From an uncultured Chloroflexia bacterium (GTDB taxonomy: Bacteria; Chloroflexota; Limnocylindria; Limnocylindrales; CSP1-4): a stretch of DNA of 64,000 nucleotides. Location of the stretch: contig CAVTHS010000008.1 of assembly GCA_963734535.1 (NCBI GenBank), forward strand, positions 256,001 to 320,000, given 5' to 3'. The position numbers and the translations under genes are program-made. The notes beneath the pieces were generated by a model. It searched no databases. It saw only the letters and a program-made list of their open reading frames with translations, and was not told where the DNA came from. Positions 20,192 to 30,828 of this stretch are shown here, one piece after another; the stretch's first letter is position 1; the number at the start of each line of letters is the position of its first letter.

Positions 20192-21201
20192 ATGCCCGAA
20201 GACCTGAGCCCAGACGCGTTCGAGCTGCTTGCGCGGCTTGCTGACCGCTACTACGTCGATGGGCAGACCCAGGTGGAGATTGCCCGGGAATTTGCCCTGT
20301 CGCGCCCAAAGGTGCAGCGGCTGCTTGAACAGGCGCGATCCACGCACGTTGTTGAGATCCGCATCGAGGCGCCGCCCTGGCTGAACCTCGACCTGGAGGC
20401 GCAGCTCCGCGAGACCTTCCGGCTCTCCGACGCCATCGTCAGCCCGACCCGGATGGATCCGCAGTCGCAGCGGGAAGCGGTGGCCAGGAGCGCGGCGCAG
20501 TTCCTGGAGCGCCACCTGGGTGACTCGGCGATCGTAGCCGTTGGACACGGCCGCGACACCGGCGAGGTGCCGCGATTCTTCCGGCCGCGCCAGCGCCTCA
20601 ACTGCACGTTCGTCAGCGCGATGGGCGGCTCGCCGAGCGTGGACACGCCGACGAACCCGAACGAGATCTGCCAGGCGCTGGCGGAGAATAGCGGTGGGCG
20701 CGCCGAGAGCCTCTATGCGCCCGCGTACGTGGAGAGCGCGGAGATGCGCGATCGCCTCCTGGAGCAGGAGACGATCGCCCACACCCTCAGTGTCGCCGCG
20801 CAGGCAAGCGTCGCCCTCGTCGGCATCGGTGGGACCGACGACGCATGCACCATGGTGCGCAGCGGCTGCCTCTCCGTGGACGAGATCGCCCACCTTCGCA
20901 GCCAGGGGGCGGTCGGCGACGTCCTCGGCAAGTACGTCGACGCGCGGGGCCACCTCATCCTGTCGCCCCACAGCAGCCGGCTGATCACCCTTTCAATCGA
21001 TCAGCTCATGCGGATCGAGACGGTGATCGCCGTCGTCAGCGAGGTCGAGAAGCCGGAGGCGATCTTCGGGATCCTCCAGGCAGGTGTCGTCGACGTCCTG
21101 GTCGTCGACAGACGAACGCCCGCACCGTCCTGGCGCGCGCGTGCGAAGCCGGAATCACAGGCCCCGTACCCCTTCGGCGCTCAGCGTCGCACCAGCCATG
21201 A
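20192..21201 (+). CDS. SorC/LsrR/DeoR-type sugar-binding transcriptional regulator (indel near 21110)
   Basis: YYVDGQTQVEIA..LSRPKVQRLLEQAR, LYAPA, ALVGIG, GAVGDVLG, K.EAI. The C-terminus continues as TNARTVL in a shifted frame. Confidence 0.9.
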
Positions 21202-21415
21202 CCCGTGAAACCACGCGGCGACAGCAGGTCCGTCCGAGCCATCGGCGCCCAGGCGCGACACGTTGCAGCCGTGAGGCAGACAGCCGCGTCCCGCCTATGA
21301 GTTGAGGCGTGCCTTTGGCGAATCACATGAACCCGCTTGTGCGGACCGTGGATGACGGGGGATCTAGCTCCGGCCCAGCCCAGCCCAGGGCAGCGGAGAG
21401 GTGTGGAGGCTTGAA

Positions 21416-22429
21416 ATGACGTTCGATACTATGTGGCTTGCCGCCGCGTTCGGAGGAGGGCTGCTCGGTGCTGCCCTCGGTGGCCTGCCCGTCTTCATTC
21501 TGTGCGGTTTCGCTGCGCTGATGGGTGTCGCAATCGCCCTGGCGGCCCCCGCTTCCGCCTTCGACAGTCTGGTCACCTGGGGTCCGATCCTCGGCCCGCA
21601 GATCTCATTCGCCGGCGGTGCGGCCGCGGCCGTGTACGCGCAGCGCATTGGCAAGCTTGGCAGCGGTCGCGACATCGCGGCAGGGCTGATGGGCCTCAAC
21701 CGGCCCGACGTGCTCCTCGTCGGTGGGCTGTTCGGCGCGCTCGGCTACGTGCTCTGGTGGGCATTCGCGCAGCTGCCCCTGATCGGCGGCATGGGTGCGA
21801 CCAACCCGATCGCGCTTTCGATCGTCGTCAACGCGATCATCGCCCGCGTCGCCTTCGGCAAGACCGGGGTGTTCGGCAAGGTCCGGGCCGGCGACAACCG
21901 CTGGCTGGCGAGCGATGTCGCGAGCTGGCTTCCGTGGCAGAACGACCCGAAGCAGCTTGTGCTGCTCGGTCTCGGTGGCGGCCTGGCCGTCTCCTGGCTC
22001 GTGGTCCAGGCTCCGGCCCTCGCGGTCGTCGGATTCGGCATCGCCACGATGGGCCTGGTCTTCCTGCAGTACGGGACCAAGGTCCCGGTCTGGCACCACA
22101 TCGCCCTGGCCTCCGGGCAGGTGATCGTCGTCGCGGGAGGCGACATGTGGTGGGGCGTGACCTTCGCCCTGATGGCCGCCTTCATCGGCGAGTTCTGGGC
22201 GTGCGTGTTCACAGCGCATGGCGACAGCCACATCGATCCGCCGTCGGCCTCCCTGGCGACCACCTTCACGATCATGGCCGTCTTCAACTACTTCGGCGCG
22301 TTCACGTTGACGGGCGCCCCTGTCGTCGTGATCGCTGTCGTAGTCGCCGCGGCGGGCTTCGGCCTGTTCACCTTCCTGCAGCGCCGCCCGAATGCGGCCG
22401 TTGCCGTCGCCTCTTCCGCAGCCGTCTGA
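21416..22429 (+). CDS. Uncharacterised multi-pass membrane protein, probable sugar/polyol permease
   Basis: About 10 hydrophobic segments; GPQISFAGG, VPVWHHIAL and DSHIDPP motifs; first gene of the catabolic operon. Transport function is inferred from context. Confidence 0.7.
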   Translation: MTFDTMWLAAAFGGGLLGAALGGLPVFILCGFAALMGVAIALAAPASAFDSLVTWGPILGPQISFAGGAAAAVYAQRIGKLGSGRDIAAGLMGLNRPDVLLVGGLFGALGYVLWWAFAQLPLIGGMGATNPIALSIVVNAIIARVAFGKTGVFGKVRAGDNRWLASDVASWLPWQNDPKQLVLLGLGGGLAVSWLVVQAPALAVVGFGIATMGLVFLQYGTKVPVWHHIALASGQVIVVAGGDMWWGVTFALMAAFIGEFWACVFTAHGDSHIDPPSASLATTFTIMAVFNYFGAFTLTGAPVVVIAVVVAAAGFGLFTFLQRRPNAAVAVASSAAV

Positions 22430-22542
22430 CCGTCCCGCTGCGAGATCCAACGCGCCGCTCCTCGGACCATGGGTGGCCGAGGAGCGGCAGCAACCAGCGT
22501 GCGCGAAGGCCGGACGAAACGCCGGCCGCAAGGAGTCTCTAG

Positions 22543-23274
22543 ATGGTTGATCTGTCGCGGATGGACAAGCACCAGGTCGCACGGCTCTTCGACTACTCCG
22601 TGCTTCCGAAGAACACCCAGGAAGCCGACATCCGCAAGGGATGCGCGGTTACCCGGGAGTACGAGTTCGCGGCGTTCTACAGCGCGTCCGCCTACTGGAC
22701 ACCCGTCGTCGCGGAGGAGCTCGCCGGGTATCCCGACATCGAGATCGGGACGGGAATCAGCTTCGCCTGGGGTGCGGCGCCGTCGTCGGTCAAGGCGTTT
22801 GAGACGGAGGACGCCGTCCGCCGCGGATGCACCGCGGTCGACCTCGTGACGAATGTCGGCGCGCTCAAAGACCGCAAGTACGACGTCATCCTCGAGGAGT
22901 TCACCTCGTTCGTGGCGGCCGCCGGCAAAGCCGTGACCAAATGCATCCTCGAGGTCTGCTTCCTGACCGACGAGGAGATTGCGACTGGCTGCAAGCTGAT
23001 CGCAGAGGCCGGCATCCAGTATGCGAAGACCTCATCCGGCCAGTTCGAAGGTCCGAGCCTCGAGCAGTTTCTCGTCATGAAGGACGCGCTGAAGGGCACC
23101 GACGTCAAGTTGAAAGTTGCCGGCGTGAAGTTCCCGCGCCCGCAGAACGCCTACGTCTTCCTGATGGCCGGAGCCGACCGGCTCGGCACGCGTGACGCGC
23201 CCGCCATCGTCAACGCTCTCGATCAGATGCGGGAGCTCGGGATCGTCCCGAAGCTCGAGCTCGTCACGGCCTGA
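22543..23274 (+). CDS. deoC: Deoxyribose-phosphate aldolase family
   Basis: DYSVL, DLVTN, KCILE, AKTSSG (Schiff-base Lys), KVAG, GADRLGT. Confidence 0.85.
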   Translation: MVDLSRMDKHQVARLFDYSVLPKNTQEADIRKGCAVTREYEFAAFYSASAYWTPVVAEELAGYPDIEIGTGISFAWGAAPSSVKAFETEDAVRRGCTAVDLVTNVGALKDRKYDVILEEFTSFVAAAGKAVTKCILEVCFLTDEEIATGCKLIAEAGIQYAKTSSGQFEGPSLEQFLVMKDALKGTDVKLKVAGVKFPRPQNAYVFLMAGADRLGTRDAPAIVNALDQMRELGIVPKLELVTA

Positions 23275-23412
23275 CCCGTTGCCCGGAGACGGGCACGAGC
23301 CCGTGCGACATAAAGGAACGACCGCGCGCAGACGGTCGGAAGAAGCGGCGCCGGGTGGCCCGAACCCACTCCGGGTGGGTCGTCCGGCGCCTCGTGACAT
23401 CACAAGGAGTGC

Positions 23413-24957
23413 ATGGTGACGAAGTACCTGGCCGGTGTTGACGTCGGCACGACCGGCGCGCGCTGCATCATCTTCGACCTCAACGGGAACGCGGTCGGCG
23501 ACGACTACCGCGAGTACGGCGCCACCTATCCCCATCCGGGATGGGTCGAGCAGGACGCCGACGAGCTCGTGGCGCAGACGATGGAGGCTTGCCGCGCGGC
23601 AATCGCCAAGTCGGGCATCGAGCCCAAGGAGATCGCGTCCGTCGGCTTCTCCACCCAGCGGTCCGTCACCATCCCGATCGACAAGAACGGCCGGATGGTC
23701 CGCCCCCTTCTCGGCTGGCAGGACGCCCGCACCGGTGCGGAAGTCGCCGACATGCAGGCCCTGATCGACGGCCAGGACTACTACAACACCAGCGGGATGC
23801 CGATGGGCACGACCTGGCTCATCTCCAAGGTCCTCTGGATGCGCAAGAACGAGCCGGAGCTCTACGCCAAGACCGACCGGTTCATCCAGGTCCAGGACCT
23901 CGTCCTGAAGGCTTTTGGCGCCGACACCTACCACACTGACGCCCCCGACATGGCCTTCTACGGCACGTGGGACATCGGCAAGGTCGAGTGGAGCGAGCGT
24001 CTCTGCGAGCTGTTCGGCGTTCGGCCCGAGATGTTCGGTACGCCGACCCCGGCCGGCACGCAGGTCGCGACGATCAGCCCGGCCCTGGCAGAGAAGACCG
24101 GCTTCGCGGTCGGGACGCCCGTCTGCGTGGGTGCCGGCGACCAGAACTGCGGCGTGGTTGGCATGGGGTCAATCAAGCCCGGCATGGCCACGGTCACGCT
24201 CGGGACCGCGGGCCTGGCGATCGTCTCCCTGGCGAAGCCGATCGAGGGCATCGGCGGCCTGATGATCACGAACCATGCCGTCGAGGGCATGTGGGAGGCC
24301 GAGGGCCTCACGAACGCCGCGGCGAGCTCGTACCGCTGGTTCCGGGACACGGTCGGGACGCTCGAGAAGGAAGCCGCCAGCCATAACGGCCGCTCGGCAT
24401 ACGAGTATCTCAACGACCTGGCCGAGGCGGCCGGACCCGGGAGCAAGGGCCTCCTCTACCTGCCATTCCTCGCCACGGCGGCCACGCCGCGCTGGAACGC
24501 GAACGCCCGCTCAGCGTTCATCGGGATGTCGTTCGCCCATGGTCGCGGCGAGCTCGCTCGCTCCGTGATGGAGGGGGTCGTGCTCGAGATCCGCGACATC
24601 ATGCAGTCGTGGTATCGAGCCGGCGTCGAAGTCGACGTGCTTCGCCTCGGCGGCGGCGCAACGAAGTCGAAGCTCTGGAACCAGATCCAGGCCGACGTCT
24701 ACGGCAAGCCCGTTCAGACCCTCAAGGTCGGGGAGTCGACCGCGCTCGGAGCTGCCCTGCTGGGCGGCGTCGGGGCCGGCGTCTTCACCTCGATCGCCGA
24801 GGGCGTCGATCAGCTCGTGGCGGTCACGGGCCAGATCGAGCCGAATCCCGCCAACCACGCCATCTACGAGGAGATGTACGTGGCGTACGTGAAGGCATAT
24901 GAGGCGCTCGCGGACAGCGGCACGTTCGACGAGCTCGCCGGCATCCAGGCCCACTGA
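23413..24957 (+). CDS. FGGY-family carbohydrate kinase (xylulokinase-like)
   Basis: GVDVGTTG, GWVEQD, WQDART, GAGDQ, LGGGATKSKLWNQIQADV. Confidence 0.9.
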   Translation: MVTKYLAGVDVGTTGARCIIFDLNGNAVGDDYREYGATYPHPGWVEQDADELVAQTMEACRAAIAKSGIEPKEIASVGFSTQRSVTIPIDKNGRMVRPLLGWQDARTGAEVADMQALIDGQDYYNTSGMPMGTTWLISKVLWMRKNEPELYAKTDRFIQVQDLVLKAFGADTYHTDAPDMAFYGTWDIGKVEWSERLCELFGVRPEMFGTPTPAGTQVATISPALAEKTGFAVGTPVCVGAGDQNCGVVGMGSIKPGMATVTLGTAGLAIVSLAKPIEGIGGLMITNHAVEGMWEAEGLTNAAASSYRWFRDTVGTLEKEAASHNGRSAYEYLNDLAEAAGPGSKGLLYLPFLATAATPRWNANARSAFIGMSFAHGRGELARSVMEGVVLEIRDIMQSWYRAGVEVDVLRLGGGATKSKLWNQIQADVYGKPVQTLKVGESTALGAALLGGVGAGVFTSIAEGVDQLVAVTGQIEPNPANHAIYEEMYVAYVKAYEALADSGTFDELAGIQAH

Positions 24958-24968
24958 GCCAGCGAGGC

Positions 24969-25011
24969 CGAGACGGACCCGGACACCGAGGAGGCGTCCG
25001 GGTCCGTCTCG
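24969..25011. terminator. Strong intercistronic stem-loop (terminator or mRNA stabiliser)
   Basis: CGAGACGGACCCGGAC-N11-GTCCGGGTCCGTCTCG, a 16-bp perfect stem with no U-tract. Confidence 0.6.
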
Positions 25012-25032
25012 CACCGATGGAGCAGCGAAGGA

Positions 25033-25908
25033 GTGGCGATGCGCGCTTCCACCCTGGCTCTGGTTAGGGACGCGCAGGTCAAGGGATACGCGATACCTGC
25101 TTTCAACGTCGTTGATGCCCTCAGCCTGCGCGCGGTTGTCGAGGCGGCCGACGTTGCCCGGTCCCCCGTCATCATTCAGGCGTCCCTGAAAACGGCGAAG
25201 TCGGTGGGCGTGGAGCTGCTCACCCAATTGTTCGACGCGGCTGTCGCCTGCGTCACGGTTCCCGTCGCCCTGCACCTCGACCATTGTCCAGACGCATCGA
25301 TGATCGACGAGGTCGTGACCGCTCGATGGTCCTCGGTTCTCTTTGACGCCTCGCACATGGACCTCGACGACGCGGTCCGCGGTACGGCGGCTATCTGCGA
25401 GCTGGCGCACGCCGCGGGAGTCGACGTCGAGACCGAGATCGAAAACATCGTCGGGGTCGAGGACGGCGTCGGTTCCGACGCAATTGGCCATGCATATACC
25501 GCCGAGCAGGTCGCCGAGGCCGCTCGGGCCTCCGACGCGGACCTGATCGCTCCGCAGCTCGGAACGGCGCACGGTGAGTACAAGGGCCGTCCTCATCTCC
25601 TACCCGAGCGTGTCCGCGAGCTCAGAACCATCACCGACAAGCCGATCGTGCTTCACGGTGGCACGGGGCTTACCGAGCGAGAGTTCCGGACTTTCATCGC
25701 GGCCGGGATCTCGAAGATCAACATCTCGACCGCGGTCAAGCAGTCCTATATGCAGTCGTCCTACGAGTTCCTGAAGATCGCGGACGAGCGGAACGAATGG
25801 GATCCGGCGTCGATGTTCCGGTCGGTCCAGGGGGCCATCGGCGCCACGGTGTCCGAGTTCTTCGACATCTTCGGCTCGGCCGGCCGCATACCGACCCGGG
25901 GTACGTGA
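25033..25908 (+). CDS. Class II ketose-bisphosphate aldolase
   Basis: YAIPAFNV, LHLDHC, SVLFDAS, GTAHGEY, VLHGGTG, KINIST. Confidence 0.92.
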   Translation: MAMRASTLALVRDAQVKGYAIPAFNVVDALSLRAVVEAADVARSPVIIQASLKTAKSVGVELLTQLFDAAVACVTVPVALHLDHCPDASMIDEVVTARWSSVLFDASHMDLDDAVRGTAAICELAHAAGVDVETEIENIVGVEDGVGSDAIGHAYTAEQVAEAARASDADLIAPQLGTAHGEYKGRPHLLPERVRELRTITDKPIVLHGGTGLTEREFRTFIAAGISKINISTAVKQSYMQSSYEFLKIADERNEWDPASMFRSVQGAIGATVSEFFDIFGSAGRIPTRGT

Positions 25909-25990
25909 GCGGTGGCTGGTGCCCTGATCCTCGAATGCGCCGGCGTCGTCGCAGAAACAGAAACGCGAGGGCCATGGCGGCCGGCGATCG
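25905..25990 (+). pseudogene. Degenerate 5' relic of a CbbY-like HAD gene
   Basis: ALILECAGVVAETE versus [14 protein letters not shown] (30825). Same GTGAGC overlap with an upstream aldolase stop. Confidence 0.55.
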
Positions 25991-26059
25991 GTCCGGCTGC
26001 TGAACGGGACCGTCCACTGTCCATAGACCTCCGACTCGGAGGTCGCGCTGGAGACGAAG

Positions 26060-27421
26060 ATGTTGACCGTCAACTGCAACTCCACTGGAGAAGGCGCAGC
26101 TGTCATTCGCTACACGCTGGGCCAGCTCGGAGTCGGACCGGCGCGGGGAGACGTGGACGACGTGGCGCGGGTGGCGCACTTGGGCCTGGCGGCCGAAGAC
26201 GCTCGCTTCCTGCAGACGGCGGCGGCCGCCATTGGTGTCACCGCCCGGTTCCGTGACGTCGTCTCGACCTTCAGGACGCCTGCCGGCGAAACGCCCGCGG
26301 GTTTCCGGGTCGAGGCTTCATTGATGGCGGACGGGCTCCTGCTGATTGACCTGGTGCGGGACATCTCGTATGACCGCAACGGGGTGCGGCGGCCGACGGC
26401 CGTGGTGTACTCAGCGGACACGGCAAACCCCTACGAGGTGGCACCCATCGCGCCGCTCCTGGGGAACCTGACGTGCAACCCGGGCATCGTCTACGACCTG
26501 TTCATCAACAACCCATGCGCGAACGTCGGGCACAAGTTCAATACGCTCGAAGAGGTGATGTCCGAGCTGGGCAACATCCTCGGTCCCGGGTGCGATGTCT
26601 CCGTCGAGATCGAGAACCCGTTTGAGCCGGACTTCAACCGGATCCTGGACGCGATCGCGCCGTTCGAGGCGATCCTGTCGCCATACCGGCTCGTGGTGAA
26701 GGTCCCGCACATGGGCCCGGTGAACGCGGAGAATGTCAACGAGCTGCTGACCGGCGAGAAGCGCCTCGAGGCCTGGTACGCCACTCCGTCGACCCAGGAC
26801 GCATTTCGATCCCACAACCTCGCGCTGAAGCTACGCGAGCACGGTTACCGCGTGAACTACACGCTGATGTTCGAGCCGTACCAGACGGCCCTCGCGCTCC
26901 AGGCGAAGCCCTACTTCATCAACAGCTTCATTCGCCACCGACTGATCCAGTCCCAACAAATCGCCGCGCTGCTCGAGTTCTACCGCTCGAGCCGGGACAA
27001 GGCACACCTGGTGGTGCTGCGCGAGTACCTGATGGCTACCGATCATCTGAGCGTCGGCGGACCGATCCACGACCTGGTCGACGTCCTCCACTATGCCGAG
27101 GATCTGCTGGCGTACCGCAAATTCCACGAAGCCGAAGGTCGCGACGGACTCGACGGCGTTCGACACAACCTCCGCGTCCTCAGGCATGCCGGCCTGCCGG
27201 ACACACGCCTGATCGTCTGCAGCATGGAAGGCTCGAACAACTACCCGGACCTCGACAAGCTCGTGGTCGAGCCCGAGTTCGCCGACGTCATCGACCGCCT
27301 GGTCATCACGGCCGAGCCGAACTATCTCGCCAGGTTCACGTCGACCAACCAGGTCGTCAGCTACCAGCGGCGCTTCATGGCCGCGGCAGCGACCGCCCAG
27401 GTTCCCGTCGCGTCCGCCTGA
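26060..27421 (+). CDS. Transaldolase-family protein, long form (true start probably near 26100)
   Basis: SADTA, LTCNP, VSVE, VVKVP (catalytic Lys), VNYTLMF. Confidence 0.8.
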   Translation: MLTVNCNSTGEGAAVIRYTLGQLGVGPARGDVDDVARVAHLGLAAEDARFLQTAAAAIGVTARFRDVVSTFRTPAGETPAGFRVEASLMADGLLLIDLVRDISYDRNGVRRPTAVVYSADTANPYEVAPIAPLLGNLTCNPGIVYDLFINNPCANVGHKFNTLEEVMSELGNILGPGCDVSVEIENPFEPDFNRILDAIAPFEAILSPYRLVVKVPHMGPVNAENVNELLTGEKRLEAWYATPSTQDAFRSHNLALKLREHGYRVNYTLMFEPYQTALALQAKPYFINSFIRHRLIQSQQIAALLEFYRSSRDKAHLVVLREYLMATDHLSVGGPIHDLVDVLHYAEDLLAYRKFHEAEGRDGLDGVRHNLRVLRHAGLPDTRLIVCSMEGSNNYPDLDKLVVEPEFADVIDRLVITAEPNYLARFTSTNQVVSYQRRFMAAAATAQVPVASA

Positions 27422-27476
27422 CCCGGCTGTCCTGGACCGGAGTGCAACCCATGTCAGCGCTAGGCGGGAGATCAAG

Positions 27477-27920
27477 ATGATCATCGGCTTTGGGTGTGAC
27501 CCGAACGCGACCGAGCTGAAACTGGTCCTCATGGCATTCGCTCGAGAACTTGGGCATGAGGTGCTCGACTACGGGTCCGATGACCCGATCTACCCGCACA
27601 CCGCGATCAAGGTCGCTCACGAGGTGGTCGCCGGACGGGTCGACCGGGGGGTAGTCCTATGTGGGACGGGAATCGGGGTCTCGATCGCCGCCAACAAAGT
27701 TGCGGGGGCCTACTGCGCACTGCTTGGTGACGTCTACCAGGCCCAACGCGCCCAACTGAGCAACAACGCGAACATGATCGCGATGGGTGCCCAGGTGGTC
27801 GGCGTCGAGGTGGCGAAATGCCTCCTCGCCGAGTACCTGGGTCACAGCTTCGACCCAGCCTCGAGGAGCGCGCCCAAGGTCGCCGCGATTTACGAGTACG
27901 AATTGAGCCAGGCGCGGTGA
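27477..27920 (+). CDS. RpiB/LacA/LacB sugar-phosphate isomerase
   Basis: GCDPNA, LCGTGIGVSIAANKV, NNANMIAMG. Confidence 0.9.
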   Translation: MIIGFGCDPNATELKLVLMAFARELGHEVLDYGSDDPIYPHTAIKVAHEVVAGRVDRGVVLCGTGIGVSIAANKVAGAYCALLGDVYQAQRAQLSNNANMIAMGAQVVGVEVAKCLLAEYLGHSFDPASRSAPKVAAIYEYELSQAR

Positions 27921-28771
27921 GCCTTACGACTCCAGAGCTCGCCCTTACCGCGGCCAGGGCGCGACGGCTGGTGCTTCGCATGATCGAGGCAGGCCGCTCG
28001 GGTCACGTTGGCGGCGCCATGTCGGCGATCGACATCGTGACCGCGCTCTACTTCGACGAGCTCTCCATCGACCCCGCAAACCCGTTGGCGCCTGGCCGCG
28101 ACCGCTTTGTACTCTCGGCGGGCCACAAGGCCATGGCCCAGTACGCCGTGCTCGCGCTCGCGGGTTTCTTCCCCGTCGAGATCCTGGACACGTACGGTTC
28201 CCTCGAGAAGTCCAGTCCCAGGTCACCCGGACATGCACAAGCTTCCCGGCATCGAGGCGAACACCGGAGCCCTGGGCCACGGGCTTGCGATCGCATGTGG
28301 CATGGCCCTCGGAGCCCGGCTCGACCGGAGCGCACGCTCGCGTGTTCGTCGTGATGGGCGACGGCGAGCTCCCGGAGGGGTCCAACTGGGAGGGCGCCGC
28401 GATTGCCGCCCACCACGGGCTCGACAACATCGTGGTGTTCGTCGACGCGAACGGGCTGCAGATCAGCGGTACGCACGCGCGACGTCATGAACATGGCGCC
28501 GATCGCCCGGAAGTTCCGCGCCTTCGGGTGGGCAGTGGACGAGATCGACGGCAACGACATGTCGCAGATCGTCGAGGTTCTTGCGCGTGTTCCCCTCGCC
28601 GCCGGCAAGCCCACCGCGTTCGTCGCGCATACCGTGAAGGCCAAGGGCATCTCATCCCTCGAGGGCCTGGGGGAATCGCACTACTGGAAGCCGACTCAGG
28701 CGGAGCTGACGGCGGCGATCCTGGAGGCCGACGAGCGGGTCGTGGCGCTGCAGTTGGAGGCTGCGCGATGA
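27917..28771 (+). CDS. Transketolase, N-terminal (TPP-binding) subunit; several indels
   Basis: SGHVGGAMS, RDRFVLSAGH, GHPD, TGALGHGL, GDGELPEGSNWE, IDGND, HTVKAKG. Confidence 0.88.
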
Positions 28772-29701
28772 TCGGCGAACCGTACGACCCGCGCAAGACG
28801 TTCGGGGCTGCCGTCACGCGGGAGGCCGAGCTCGACGAGAGGATCCTCGTCCTGTCGGCGGACAGCGGAGGGTCGTCGGGGCTTGGCGAATTCCAGCGGA
28901 AGTTCCCCGACCGGTACCTGGAGTTCGGGATCCAGGAGCAGGGCACCACCGGCGTGGCCGCCGGCCTTGCCATCATGGGCAAGATCCCCATCTTCTGCGC
29001 GATCGCCCCGTTCGTGACCTGCCGCAACTTCGAGCAGTTCCGCAACGACCTGGGCTACATGAACCAGAACGTCAAGATCGTGGGCAGGAACGGTGGGTTC
29101 ACCTACGCCGACCTCGGGATCGACGCACCACTCGCTCGAGGACTACGCACTCATGCGGATGATCCCGGGGGTGACCGTGCTGGCCCCCCAGGACGCCGGG
29201 GAGATCCGCGGTGCGGTCCATGCCATGTTGCAGCTCAAGGGCCCCGTGTACATGCGGATCGGCAACGGCCCTGTCCCGCAGCTCTTCCCCGATGACGACT
29301 TCGTGATCGGGAAGGGCAGGCGCGTGCGCGAGGGCTACGACGTCACGGTGATCTCTACCGGGTACACCACCGTCGCGGTGATCGAGGCCGTCGACGCTTT
29401 GATCGCACGAGGTATGGGAATCGACCTTCTTTGCCTCGGGACCGTCACGCCCCTTGATGAGGAGCTCATCGTGGAGTCGGCCCATCGCACGGGGCAGGTC
29501 ATCACGGTGGAGGAGCACTACCCGCTCGGCGGCCTCGGGGGCGCGGTCGCTGAGCTCCTCAGCGGGAGGTTGCCCGTTGTCATCGACCGGGTGGCTGTGC
29601 CGCACGAGTACGTGACCACGGGACCGTACGCGGAGATCCTCCAGAGCTACGGTCTCGACGCCGCCGGGCTGGAACTCAAGATCCAGGAGCTCGTCGGCTA
29701 G
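28768..29701 (+). CDS. Transketolase, C-terminal subunit; indel near 29120
   Basis: EFGIQEQ, G.THHSLED, GPVYMRI, TVEEH..GGLGGAVAE. Confidence 0.88.
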
Positions 29702-29779
29702 CGTCCTGGGGCCCCTTCCCGAAGAGGAGACGCGGCCGCGGGTGCTCTCACGGGGTCGGTCTTGCGATTCGTCCCGATC

Positions 29780-29807
29780 GACGCCCCCTCGATCGAGGGG
29801 AGGCGTC
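29780..29807. terminator. Hairpin after the transketolase genes
   Basis: GACGCCCCCTC-GATC-GAGGGGAGGCGTC. Confidence 0.45.
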
Positions 29808-29975
29808 CGCGAGTCCGTTGGTCCCGGGCACGTCCGGACAATTCCTTGACGCTATGTTGACGGTTGGGGAGCCGTACTCCGATCTACACTCGCAGGTAAG
29901 TCGCATCCCGGCCGCAACGTTTTCCGGCGCGCCCGCCAGCACCAACTTGCCGGCGCTCCGACGGAGGGTGCTCAC

Positions 29976-30828
29976 GTGCCAGTTGTGCCGACGAGGCAGA
30001 TACTCGATCGCGCGTTCGCCGGGGGGTACGGTGTGGCGGCCATCAACGTCATCAACGACCTCTCGATGGAAGCGGTTCTGGCCGCCGCCGAGGAGCTCAA
30101 TGCCCCGGTCATCGTCCAGACCTCGCCCAAGCACGTGATGATGACCGGCCTTGACGCGATGTACGCGATGTGGCTCGCATACACGAAGGACGTGCGCGTC
30201 CCGGTCGCGCTCCACCTGGACCACTGCCCCGAGCGGGACATGATCAGCGCCTGCCTGGCGAAGGGCTGGAGCTCGGTCCTCTTCGACGCCAGCAAGCTCT
30301 CCGTCGAGGAGAACCAGCGGCAGTGCATCGAGGTCGTCGCCGAGGCCCGCCGCTACGGTGCCGACGTCGAGGGCGAGATCGAGGGCTTCAAGCGAACCGA
30401 GGAGATGACCGGCGACGAGGCACAGCACGTGCAGAGCCTCGAGACGGTCGTCGAGTTCGTGCGCGCCACCGGCGTCGACGTCTTCGCGCCGGCGATCGGC
30501 AACGCCCACGGCACGTACACAGACGGCGCCCACGCTCGACGCCCAGCGGGTGAGCGACATCGTGGCGGCAACCGGCAAGCCCGTCGCCCTCCACGGCGGG
30601 ACGGGCATGAGCGCCGAGCAGTTCAGCGACCTGATCGGGCGCGGCTGCGCCAAGGTGAACATCTCCACGGCCCTGAAGATCGCGTTCATGAAGTCCGGCT
30701 TCGACTTCATGACGGAGCACCCGGGCGACTACGATCCGCCGAGGCTCTTCGCGGCCCAGCGGACCGCCGTCATGGAGATGGCGAAGTACCACATCCGCCT
30801 CTTCGGGAGCGAGGGCAAGGCGTGGTGA
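29976..30828 (+). CDS. Second class II ketose-bisphosphate aldolase; indel near 30520
   Basis: GVAAINV, LHLDHC, GNAHGTY, then ALHGGTG and KVNIST in the next frame. Confidence 0.9.
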
